Shown here: piece after piece, positions 22,870-34,300 of the stretch
How positions within the stretch are numbered: the stretch's first letter is position 1
Layout of the letters: every line of letters starts with the position of its first letter
NCBI RefSeq assembly: GCF_006345805.1
Contig: NC_042997.1
Coordinates: 110,484,001-110,548,000, forward strand
From: Octopus sinensis
Taxonomy: Eukaryota
Length of the DNA stretch: 64,000 bases
Reading direction: 5' to 3'
Position numbers and translations under genes: made by a program
The notes under the pieces: generated by a model
What the model was told of the DNA's origin: nothing
The model's database searches: none
What the model saw: only the letters and a program-made list of their open reading frames with translations

Positions 22870-25470
22870 ATGTGTGCTCATAGTTTACAATGTTTAGAAT
22901 TTCTTTTATGTATGCTAAGCATGACCATTTCTTTCCTACCACAATAGAAGCAAAACCTTTGAGAAGCCTCAAAGTAAACTTGGCAAAATCTACGTCTGGA
23001 ATTTCTTCTCCAAATTTTTGACAGATTCAGCTTTAAGAACAAGGTCATCAGTAAAAAGGAGTTCCCATGGACATCCAATCTTAAGTAATTCCTCTGTTAT
23101 AACCTGGAAATTAGGACAAAGGGGCTGTATGTTAAATTTCTCAAATAAGATGCCAATTTAAACAAAACACCAAACAGTAATTGAAGTAGATGTATTTATT
23201 GCTGATTGTACCTCCTCTACATGGTTTGTGTGACCCTCAAAAGGATCAGCTGCTCTCAGTTCCTTTAGTGACCACCAGATTATAGAGTAGAAAAAAAGCT
23301 TTCTTTAGATCAACAAGTGTTAGGTACAGTGGTGTTAGAAGTGTTATGGGCTGTGATGAGCTATGTGGTGTTGGTGGAGAGGATGGTGGATAAGGTAAAA
23401 GGGAAGTGAAGACTGCAGGGGCCGGCGGAAGAGTCACAGGGGCATGCGTGAGCAGAAAGCACCTGTGGCCAGTTCGAGCAGAGAGACAAGACGTGTTTAA
23501 TTCATGAGAGTGACCGCTTATTTCGCCGAGGTCAACTGGTAAGGCCTTTTGTATTTCTTTCTCCTGTTTGCTTCTTTTTCTGTTGTCCTTTTCCTCCATC
23601 GCACTACAGGTACAGTGGCTTACTTCTAACAAAGTACTTTTCCTGCTGTTGTGTCACTAGAAAGGCATTAAGGGTTCCTCCTTTCTTCTGTCTCTCATCT
23701 CAGTTTAATTCTCCTCTTAATCAGTTGAGTTATAACCCTACCAGTGACTTCACAACCTGGTTCATCAATCTGATGCCCCTAGAATTTCCTTGTAGCTGAC
23801 TTTTGTACTCCTATGCTAGTCATTGGCCATGACAGCTTCCTATAAAATCTGTAAAATCTGTGACTAGCACATGACCCTCACTTCAACATCTCACCTACTT
23901 TTCTGTCTTTCATTGTTCTATCTACCACCCAGCTATCAACTTGGATGACTGGTTCCTCTTTTGGCTTTACTTGGGATAGAAGTGGGGTTTTTTTTCTCAT
24001 TCCATAATTCTCAGAGTAGGATTTCCAAACTGCTTTCTTTTTGGCAACAGTAAACTGGCATTCCATTGATTATGACAATGAGGGTTTCCATCGGTCCAAT
24101 CAATGGAACAGCCTGCTTGTGAAATTAAAATACAAGTGGCTGAGTACTCCACAGACATGCATATCCTTAATGTAGTTCTCAGGGAGATTCAGCACGACAC
24201 AGAATGTGACAAGTTTAGCCCATTAAATTACAGGTACAACTAATTTTTGCCAGCTGAATGAACTGGAGCAATGTGAAATAAAGTGTCTTGCTGAAGGACA
24301 CAATATGATGTCCTGGAACTAAACTCATGATCTTACAATCACAAACCAAGTACTCTAACCCCTAAGCCATGTGCCTTCATTCAGCAACAGTAAAAACCAG
24401 GACATCTTTTGTCATTCTAAACACAATTCTCTCCAAAGATGTCACGATTTTCTCTGGCACCTTTTCCCTTACTGTCTGCTTCCCTTCTCAGTATATCTGG
24501 AACCTAACTTCCTTTCTACTCATTACTGGCATCTGTACTAGCAGGGTGCAAAGGGCACCATACGAGTGTGATCATTGACAGAGCGGCTAACTGGCTTCCA
24601 TGCCAGTGGCACTTCGAACGTGATCGTTACCAGAGTCGCCTTACTGGCACTTGTGCCCATGCTAGTAGTGTGCCAAGAGCACCATCCGAGCGTGATCGTT
24701 GCCAGAGCAGCCACTGGCTTCCATGCCAGTGGCACGTAAAAGGGCACCATTCGAGCGTGATCGTTACCGTCGCCTTACTGGCACCTGTGCCGGTGGCATG
24801 TGTAAAAGGATTCGGGCAAGGTCGTTGCCAGTACTGCCTGACTGGCCCCTGTGCCAGTGACACGTAAAAAGCACCCACTACACTCTCGGAGTGGTTGGCG
24901 TTAGGAAGGGCATCCATCTGTAGAAACACTGCCAGATCAAGATTGGAGCCTGGTGCAGCCATCTGGTTCGCCAGCCCTCAGTCAAAATCGTCCAACCCAT
25001 GCTAGCATGGAAAGCGGACGTTAAATGATGATGATGAAGATGAATACCCTCTGCTTCTACCTTCCTCTCAGTTTTTCCAAGACAGTCTCTTGGCTTTTAT
25101 GGCACTCTCTACCAATCTCATTTCACCATTAGTCGCACTAGAACCTTGCACTAGCTAAAAATTTGATCAACAAATCTTAGATTTTTTTTCTTTTTTCAAG
25201 GAACTCTCAGTTGTCTGCTGTCAAAGTCTTCATTTCCCCCTCTCTGTTGTTAAAAACATCTGCAGGAATATCTCCAAACTCCCAACCAAATAAGGGCTCT
25301 TTTAGCTTCCTTTCCTTGCTTCCCCAGATTGTCTTTGACTGTCTAATTCTTTGTCTGAAATCACTATTCACTAATCCGTGTTGAATAGTGCATTCTTCAC
25401 CAAGGAAGGACTTAGTATAAACAAGGATCCACCAAACCCTTTCCTGGTGACAATAAACTCTGACCACCAG
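22870..25470 (-). mobile_element. Long degenerate RTE LINE interrupted by younger SINEs
   Basis: Ordered - strand pieces: EECTIQHGLVNSDF (end of endonuclease, ~25400), AVWKSYSE (~24040), LYLTLVDLKKAF (~23310), PWELLFTDDLVL (YADD box, ~23060). Confidence 0.75.
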
Positions 25471-25577
25471 CAATATTTTGCCATCTTAAGACATCTTGTT
25501 TTATTTCAGAACCATCCATGCTACAATAGATTTTTTTCATAATGTGTGACCATATGATGCCCAAGTGTACATGAAGA

Positions 25578-25916
25578 TCTCTCTATATATATAAACTGCA
25601 AAATGTCTGTGGATTTGTATAAAGGACACGCGCACACAGACAATTTTTCAGCTAGAGGGCTCACACTTTTTATGGTCATTCAAAACCGTCCAAGGGTGGT
25701 CATGCACATCTTTACATATCTCCAGTCACCCCGCAAAGCCATTAAAAAAATCAATAAAAGTGACTTTTTTTGTGAATTTTCTACCCAAAACCCAATCAAA
25801 ATGCCCGAAACTTGATACGCCAATTGAATGCCAGCTAGTTGTATGTGATTGATCAGAGACTTGGACAGTACTCGCGTGTATGTGCACATGCACGCAGCTG
25901 TATATGCTAGCACTAG
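25578..25916 (+). mobile_element. Non-autonomous Helitron-like element
   Basis: 5' A|TC...TCTATATATATAAA start; subterminal palindrome GCGTGTATGTGCACATGCACGC (25874-25895); CTAG ends at 25910 and 25916, the latter followed by T. Confidence 0.6.
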
Positions 25917-26564
25917 TGCTGGTCTTAAATAGGATTGTAAGCAAAATCTAAAGAGAAAAAGGATTATTAGCTGTCAGCTAGACAATTAAAACTTCATTTA
26001 ATGTAAGAAATAATTGAAGGCAGAGATACTGAGCAGAAAATTTATTTTTTTGAGTTGCAATCTTTGTATTTCGCCAAAAGATATTCAAATATTCATTAAT
26101 TTTCTACCTTACATTATGTATATCATATTTCATGGCATATACACCCTCCCCCACCAAAGCGTCTTAAAAATATCACTGCAGGTCCTACATGTAATGCTGG
26201 AGCTAAACTACATGCTTTAATGCATTAAAAACTGCTTTTCCTGAATATACACTGACCTCCTCTAATATGCCATCAAATATAATGAGTTTGGATCATTTAA
26301 TGTACACAGTTTAAAGATAACCACTGATAGTTTCTTGCCGAGGAGACCTGTGTCTAGGCAGGTCTTTTATAACAGTCCATGTGTCTCCAAACAATCTTCA
26401 GCCTGATGATGGCTTGGAGACACAAGGAGCATTATAAAAACACGGGTCTTCACAGCAAGAATCTATTAATAGCACATACCTTTATAATGTATACATTAAA
26501 TGATATTTATCTCTCACTGCATGGAGTAATTTTTGGGTGACCTTACCATAATGGAACAGTAAAC

Positions 26565-26596
<32 letters not shown>

Positions 26597-26695
26597 ATAA
26601 TAATAATTTGAGGGAATATTATTCCTAACTTGCAGGGAAAAATTCAATTTAGAAATACTAAATCAAATTTCACAATATATATATATAAGTTAGAA

Positions 26696-26972
26696 AAAAA
26701 CACCTTTTATCAATTCAAAATGAACAATTAAATAAATTACATCATCTAGAAAATTACATATAATAGAAACATTAAAAATAAAATAACAATAATATACTGA
26801 TGATTAAGTAAATTGCAAAATAGTAATAAAAAATATATACGTTTTTATTATTATTTTCCAATTTACTTAATCATGAGTATATTATTGTTATTTTATTTTT
26901 AATATTTCTATTATGTAATTTTCTAGATGGTGTAATTTAATTGTTCATTTTGAATTGATAAAAGGTGTTTTT
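26696..26972. repeat. AT-rich ~277-bp near-palindrome flanked by (TA)n
   Basis: 26696-26815 pairs with 26859-26972; the spacer is itself quasi-palindromic. Confidence 0.9.
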
Positions 26973-27507
26973 ATAATTTATATATATATATATATATAAT
27001 ATATATATATATATAGTTGTAGATTACTTGTATCTTTTATAGTCTTTTTACTGAAACCAATATTTCTCACATAATTTCTATTTTGCTTATCAGTTTCTTG
27101 CAAACTATTTTATGTATCAACTTATTGCAAACAGTTGCTATAGTATTTTCACTAAACTAAACAAAAAAAATCAGTTTCTTTTGATGTTCATTCTCTTTTT
27201 CTCCATTTTTCACCTTGTACCTATAGGGAAAAGAAAAAAAAACGATAACTACATTTTATCTACTACACACACACACACACTCTCTGCTACTTCTCTCTCA
27301 AAACCTATCTCAATATGTATATCTATATATCCATTTCTTTCCCTCTATTTCACTATATTTCTATTGATCTCTCTCACTTTGTGTTTGTACACACACACAC
27401 AAAATATACTTCCTCTTACTAATATGGAATGAAACTTCTTATGGTAGCATGAAATTGTAACAATTTGTCCCACAACTCTTCAGGGTTGCTCTTAACCACT
27501 ACGCCAT

Positions 27508-27764
27508 ATGGCGTAATGGTTAAGAGCGCAGGCTACTAACCCCAAGATTCCGAGTTAGATTCCAGCCAATGACCTGAATGATAATAATAATAATATCAAA
27601 AAATACCTTAGGAATGAGAACCCAGGTTCGAAATTTCCCCAAGACACCTGATGAAGGCTGGAGGGTATATCAGCCGAAACATGTTAACAAACAAGATGAG
27701 GACAAATACCTGTCTAATGTAAATAATGTACACAATTCCTCATCTCTTAAATATAGAACTGTAT
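27508..27764 (+). mobile_element. tRNA-Arg-like-headed short element with minimal hammerhead ribozyme motif (copy A)
   Basis: A box TGGCGTAATGG 27509-27519, B box GAGTTAGATTCC 27552-27563, (AAT)n spacer, then GACAC-CTGATGA-A-GGCTG-loop-CAGCC-GAAAC at 27643-27680. Confidence 0.8.
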
Positions 27765-28263
27765 TAAACTCTATTTTGTTGCCATGGAATATAGCACAGT
27801 CATGCTAAGGCAACTTCAGACAATCAGAGAGGCACATAGGAATACCAAAGTGCAGTTATCTGCCCTCTTGGTTGGCGCATGTTTTAACAACAGTCAGCAG
27901 ATAGATTCAACAGGGAACACATCGTTTTTTCTAAGATGGAAACTGTCTGTCTGTATTTCTTACCATGTTAGCGCCACAGCTTCTAAACCATTTGTGAAAT
28001 AGTAAGTTTTATGGCCTCCCTTCTGACCCCTTAGACCACTTACATATATATATATACACCTGCTTTGCTCATCACTTGTAAGCTCTCATTACAATCCAAA
28101 TAAAGTCACAATGTTTCGTTTACAAACATCCCTTCTGACATTCAGAACACTTGCATATTTCAAAATTAGTGACCACCCACACTAAATTGGTGACTTTCCA
28201 CATTATTTACACACCACATTAGTAAGAGACCAAAGTCAAAACCACTTCTTACTTTGATTGTAT

Positions 28264-28319
28264 TTAATATTCCACAGTCACAGTCTTTATCTTCAGATAT
28301 TCATTCAAAGCAGCTTCAC
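28264..28319 (-). CDS. ALDH1L1/2: ALDH1L terminal exon: [17 protein letters not shown]
   Basis: tccttcag acceptor, phase 1, TAA at 28266-28264. Confidence 0.97.
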
Positions 28320-31300
28320 CTGAAGGAAATAAGAAGATTGAGTGTTTGTCAGTGTTTCATAGAATGATGTCCACGAGATTTCCACACTAAATACAAGGGC
28401 TATGCTTACCACCAAAGCCTTTGGGCCTCTGACTCTAGACAAAGAAAACATCTATGGTAACTCTTGTGCTACCAGCCTGCCTGAGACTAGTTTTAGGACA
28501 AACTTGCTGTTTGAAAGTGAAGTTAACATTGTTTGTGCAATTTTGAATGGCTAATATGTGCCTTCCATGCTGTCTCGGATCAAATTCTCAGCCTGACAAA
28601 ATACACCTCTGAAATATAAAAGGCATTGTTTATAGACAAACTCAACACTCACCTAGATCTTTGCCGAAACCAGATTGTTTAAATCCGCCAAAGGGAGCAG
28701 CGACGTCAGTTTTGTTGTATGTATTCACAAACACGGTACCAGCCTGAAGACTGTCTGCTACGGTTAATGCTTTGTTGATGTCTTTGGTAAAAACACCAGA
28801 TGCCAAGCCATATTCTGTGTTATTAGCTCTTCGTAATACATTTTCAATATCTCTGAAAAAAAAAGTTTTGAAGGATATTAAAAGATGAGATGATGGAATC
28901 CCATGGAATTCATCATCATCATCATCATCGTTTAACATCCATTTTCCATGCAAGCATGGGTTGGATGGTTCGACCAGGGTTTGGGAAGCCAGGAGGTTGC
29001 ACCAGGCTCCAGTCTGATCTGGCAATGTTTCTACAGCTGGATGTCCTTCCTAACACCAACCACTCCATGAGTGTAGTGGGTGCCTTTTACGTGCCACTAG
29101 CACAGGTGCCAGGGGAGGCTGGCAACAGCCACGATTAGTTGGTGCTTTTTACATGCCACTGGAACGGAAGCCAGTCAAGGCGGCGCTGACATTGGCGACG
29201 TTTGGTTGGTGCTTTTTACGTGCCACCAGCACAGGTATCACAACTACAATTTCCATTTGATTTTTATTTGATGTTGATGTAAATCAGATTTCATAAGTGT
29301 GATATTGAAAGTGAATTGAAAGACACAAATCATTGTTATTGTTATAATCATCATCGTTTTATGTCCAGTTCTCCATGTTTGTAGGAATCAAATGGAATTT
29401 GTTGAGACAGATTTTCTACAGCTGGATGCCCTTCCAGAAGCCAACCCTCACCTATTTCCAAGCAAAGTAGTATTTTATCAAAGAAGACTGGAAATAACCA
29501 ACAGCACTTGAACAACACCTATTTCTTTACTACCCACAAGCAGCTAAACACAGAGGGGACAAACAAGGACAGACAAACGGATTAAGTCGATAACATCAAG
29601 CCCAGTACGTAACTGGTACTTAATTTATTGATCCCAAAAGGATGAAAAGCAAAGTCGACCTCGGTGGAATTTGAACTCAGTACGCAACAGCAGACGAAAT
29701 ACGGCTACGCATTTCACCCGGCGTGCTAACATTTCTGCCAGCTCGCCGCCTTCCTTGAACAACACCATTAGTATGACAGCAATGTTCACTTATGAGGGTG
29801 TTCACAGACACGTATCATCACCATCACAGGCTGGACAGTTTGACAAGAGCTTGCAAGGCTTAGAGCCACACCCGGTTCCATCATCTGTTTTGGCATGGTT
29901 TCTACAGCTGGATGCCCTTCCTAATGCCAACCACTTTATGGAGTGTACTCGGTGCTTTTTATGTGACACTAGCACCAGTGCTTTTTTTTATGTGGTGCCA
30001 ACACAAGTAATTTCTACAAGGTACCAGTATTTATTCTTTACACACACATACAACAGGCTTCTTCCAGTTTCCATTTACCAAATCCACTCACATGGCTTTA
30101 GTCAGCCTGAGGCTATAATAGATGACACTTGACCAAGATGTCACACAGTGGGACTGAATCTGGAACCATATGGTTGGGAAAGCAAACTCTTTAACTACTC
30201 AGCATGCCAAGAATATTTTTAATTACAGTAATTAGGATTCTTGCAGGGAATCAATATCAATTAGCTAATCACCATCAATCTACTCACACACACACACACA
30301 CACACTTTCAGGGCTGATAAAATAAAGTTAAGAACTGGAATCAATGGCACCAGTTAATCCGCTTCCTTCCTTCAAAACTGCTGGCCTTTTGCCAAAACCT
30401 GAAACCATCATCATCACCATTGTCATATTTATCAACAGTTTGTAATATCTTCAACTTTTCAAAGAAAGTACAATAGAACAAGACTTTTGCTTTGGAAGAA
30501 CACATTGTTTCAAAGACTATTTCATTTGGAAAGCAAGGAAAGAGCTTTAACATCAAGAACAACAACCTTGGAAGCTTAATCATTGTTTTCTTTTCTGTCT
30601 ATGTCTTGCAATGTACTTAGGGACCCTGTCAGTGCAGGTGCCACTTAGAAGCACCCAGTCCACTCTGCTGAGTGGTTGGCGTTTGGAAGGGCATCCAGCT
30701 GTAAAAATCCTGCCAAAACAGTCACAGAAGTCTGGTGCAGGCTTCTGCCTGGCCAGCTCTTGTGAAACTGTCACACGCATGCCAGCATGGAAGGCAGACA
30801 TTAAACGAACGTTCTTGCTCACCATTTACAGCAATATTTGGCAGTAATACGCCTAGAATGTGGACAATGCATGTGTCCTGTGAGTGGCAACTGCACCATA
30901 CCCATTCAGTGCAACTTGTGCAGCAGTTTTCCACCAAGCACAACATTCCCCAGATCTCATCTCTTGCAACTTTTTCCTTTTTCCAAAAAATAAATACCCA
31001 CAAATGCCACTCACCACAGACGCATGTGACACACTTCACTTCTTAAGAACATTATAACTGAGTAATTATGTGTGACAGAGGTCAAAGTCCATCTGTGCCA
31101 AGCAGCTTCATATTGCATACTTCATCACTGTTACCATAGCAACAGTTCCGATACTCTTTGAATAGACCTCTCATAAAGTATATTGAATATAGATGAGAGA
31201 AACCTGTAAATACCATTATAACAAAAAAAAAAGGAGGAGGGGTAGTCTCAAATAATTGTGAGCCATGGTTTTGCCTAGAACTATTGAGATATAACTGAGA

Positions 31301-34300
31301 TATTGGTTCAGTTTCACGTATCTGTATAAAAAAGAGCTTCATCAAAAACAGCAAAATCCAATGCTTCTTGGAGAGGAAGCTCCCTGACATTTCATCATTG
31401 TTTAACTTTACTCTTTCACTTGTTTGACTGCAGCCATGCTGGAGCACCACCTTAAGTCAAGCAAATTGACCCCAGGACCTATTCTTTGTAAGCCTAGTAC
31501 TTATTCTATCAGTCTCTTTTGCCGAACCGCTAAGTTACAGGGACTTAAACACACCAACATCGGTTGTCAAGCGATGTTGGGGGCACAAACATAGACACAC
31601 ACACATATACACGACAGGCTTCTTTCAGTTTCTGTCTACCAAATTTACTCACAAGGCTTTGGTCGGCCCGAGACTACAGTAGAAGACACTTGCCGAAAGT
31701 GCCACGCAGTGGGACTGAACTCAGAACCATGTGCTTAGTAAGCAAGCTACTTACCACACAGCCACTCCTGTTCATTTTGCTTTACTTGCATGGGTCAGAT
31801 GGAATTCACTGAGACAGATTTTCTATAGCTGGATGCCCTTGCTGTTGCCAACCCTCATTTGCTTCCAAGCAAATAAGATTTGTCCTTGGTTGGACATGTT
31901 TGCACTGAAGACTGGAAATGAATGACAAGGCTTCTACAACGACAAGGCTCTCTTAGTTATCATGTAATGTCAAGACAAGGAGAGACACACATATATACAC
32001 ACATATCCACACACGCACATATACTTAATTAGAAATCCCAGACTTACCCATCTGTAAACTTTGAGATCACCATTACTGGACCAAATGATTCTTCTTTGGC
32101 AATAAAGTTATCATCTGAGACATTTGTGAAGACCGTTGGCATCATAAAAAAGCCTGCAGGCAAACAGAAATATTTCCGTTATAAAAAATTCAAGTTTATT
32201 TGAATTCTCTAAAATTCTGGTTTCTCTCTTTAGACATTTAAATGGGCAACAAGATGATTGCTCAGGGGATGAGCAGGGTTTAGCATTAACGACATGTTCA
32301 GAGAAATGGTTTAATCCTTTAGCATTTAAACTGGCCATATCAGACCCAAATATGCTACATGAGCATTTCAACAGAAATATAGTAACAAAAGGGTTAAGAT
32401 ATACAATAGAGAAACAATTCTTAAAGTGACCCTAGTACTTCAGTATGCATGATCTTTCCAATAGTATTCCTCTGGACTTTCCTTTCCTGCAATATCTCTG
32501 TGAAATCCCCTTTTCTACAACATCCCTGTAAACCTTTCTTTTCTGTTGTTAAAAACCATTTTAACCCTTTAGCATTTAAACTGGGAATTAGGTTCAAATG
32601 AGAACAAAACTGGAGCATGATGTAGTCCTTGAATCCATCACATCCTGTCAAACCATCCGACCCCATATCAGTATTGAACAGGGACATTAGAAGATGAAGA
32701 AGATGACATTACCGGGACAGTCAACACGTTTTCCTCCATAAACAAGTGTGGCTCCCTCTTTTATTCCAATCTCACAATATTCAAGTAATTTGTCCAAATG
32801 AGATTTATGGTTCTGGGGCCCATGGTCCACAGAACGGTCTAATGGGTTGCCAATCTTCATTTTCTTTATTTCTGCTATCTGTGGAAGAGTAAAGATAATG
32901 AGAGAGAGAAGGGATGAGAAGGAGTAGAGAGGGAGGTGGTTGAGACAAAAGGAGAGAAGAGAACCAAAAGGGAAAAGGAATTTGTCTTTGAACAACATGA
33001 AGTATATGATTGTGTGTGTGTGAGAAAGAGAGTGAAAGTGACATTGACAGTATGCAAGAGTGAGAGAGTGTATATAAGGATGGGTGAATGAATGAATTTT
33101 ACATTTATACAGGGTGTACGAGGAATTCCTGAACAAAATTTAGTTGGCACCACAAATAGAAGGTGATCTGAGGTGTGCACTAAATTTGAACTTCTTTATT
33201 TCTTTCTCTGATTGACCATTGCTCCAAATTGCTCCCCAGACCATCACAGAATAGCTGCCTTGTTTCGTTGTTAGCAGCAATCTTTTCGTGTCAAATTCTT
33301 GATCACAGAGTTTTCAGACCCACACTTGGCCACTGTCAGAAAATACAGCAAATCTGGACTCATCAGACAATATGATAGCATCCCAAAATGCTAGCAGCCA
33401 CTCCATCATCTCACTGGCCCATCCTTTTCTTCACTTGATATTGGCTGGTTCAAGAAATGGCTCTCTCCTTGCTGCTCTGCTATAGTAGCCAAGATTGTGG
33501 AGATACCTGGGAGCTGTTCTGGGACTAGCATCAACTTGATCTGCTTTGTTAGAGGCCTTGCAATGAGGATTATCCTCCACACTTCACAAAGCAAAGGCCC
33601 TAGTTGACCTGGGTAAGGTGATATAGACTCCTTCCCCTCTCGGTGAATTGCACAATCACTCTATTGACTGTAGAAAATGGGATCCCAAGGTTTTCTCTGA
33701 TTTTACACTGACCTAGTCCACTTTCAGATTGACCCGCAATAGGGCCTCTTTGAATTTTGGACAGTTCCAAAGCTTTTTTTGTACATGGCATGATTAAAAA
33801 GTTACATATAGAACCTGAAACATAAATATGTCCATTAATAAAAAATATAAACCTTTTCAAGTAAAACATGAAACAACGTTTTATGGAGTGTTTATTTACT
33901 TCTATCGTGTGTGTGTACCCTCTTCCAAGATGCCCTAAGCCAGTATGAGGGAGTATGGCTGATGAAACCAACACAAGGTGTATCCTATAACACAGATTCA
34001 TACTCTGGAAGCATCTACCTTGTGTCAATGTGCCACAGGTGAAGATAGTAAGAAAAGATGATATATAAAGAGCTTATTTACATTTGAGTGATATTTGTCC
34101 TCATCTTGTTTGTTGTTAACACAACGTTTCAGCTGACGTACCTTCCAGCTTTCATCAGTTGTCTTGGAGAAATTTCGAACCTGGGTTCTCATTCCTAAGG
34201 TATTTTTGATGTTATTATTCACTTCTATATTTAAGAGATGAGGAATTATGTGTATTATTTACATTTGATGGGTATTTGTCCTCATCGTGTTTGTTGTTAA

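Noticed and set aside
26327-26466. Imperfect inverted repeat with a central CTGATGA as another hammerhead
   Set aside because: No stem II-GAAA or NUH arrangement follows; likely a decayed MITE.
27508-27575. Possible genuine tRNA gene (also heads at 19390-19463, 34412-34466)
   Set aside because: No proper acceptor stem, degenerate anticodon arm, and each continues into a multi-copy SINE body.
29671-30132. 153-aa + strand ORF
   Set aside because: Spans adjacent SINE fragments of three families inside an ALDH1L intron, antisense to the gene.
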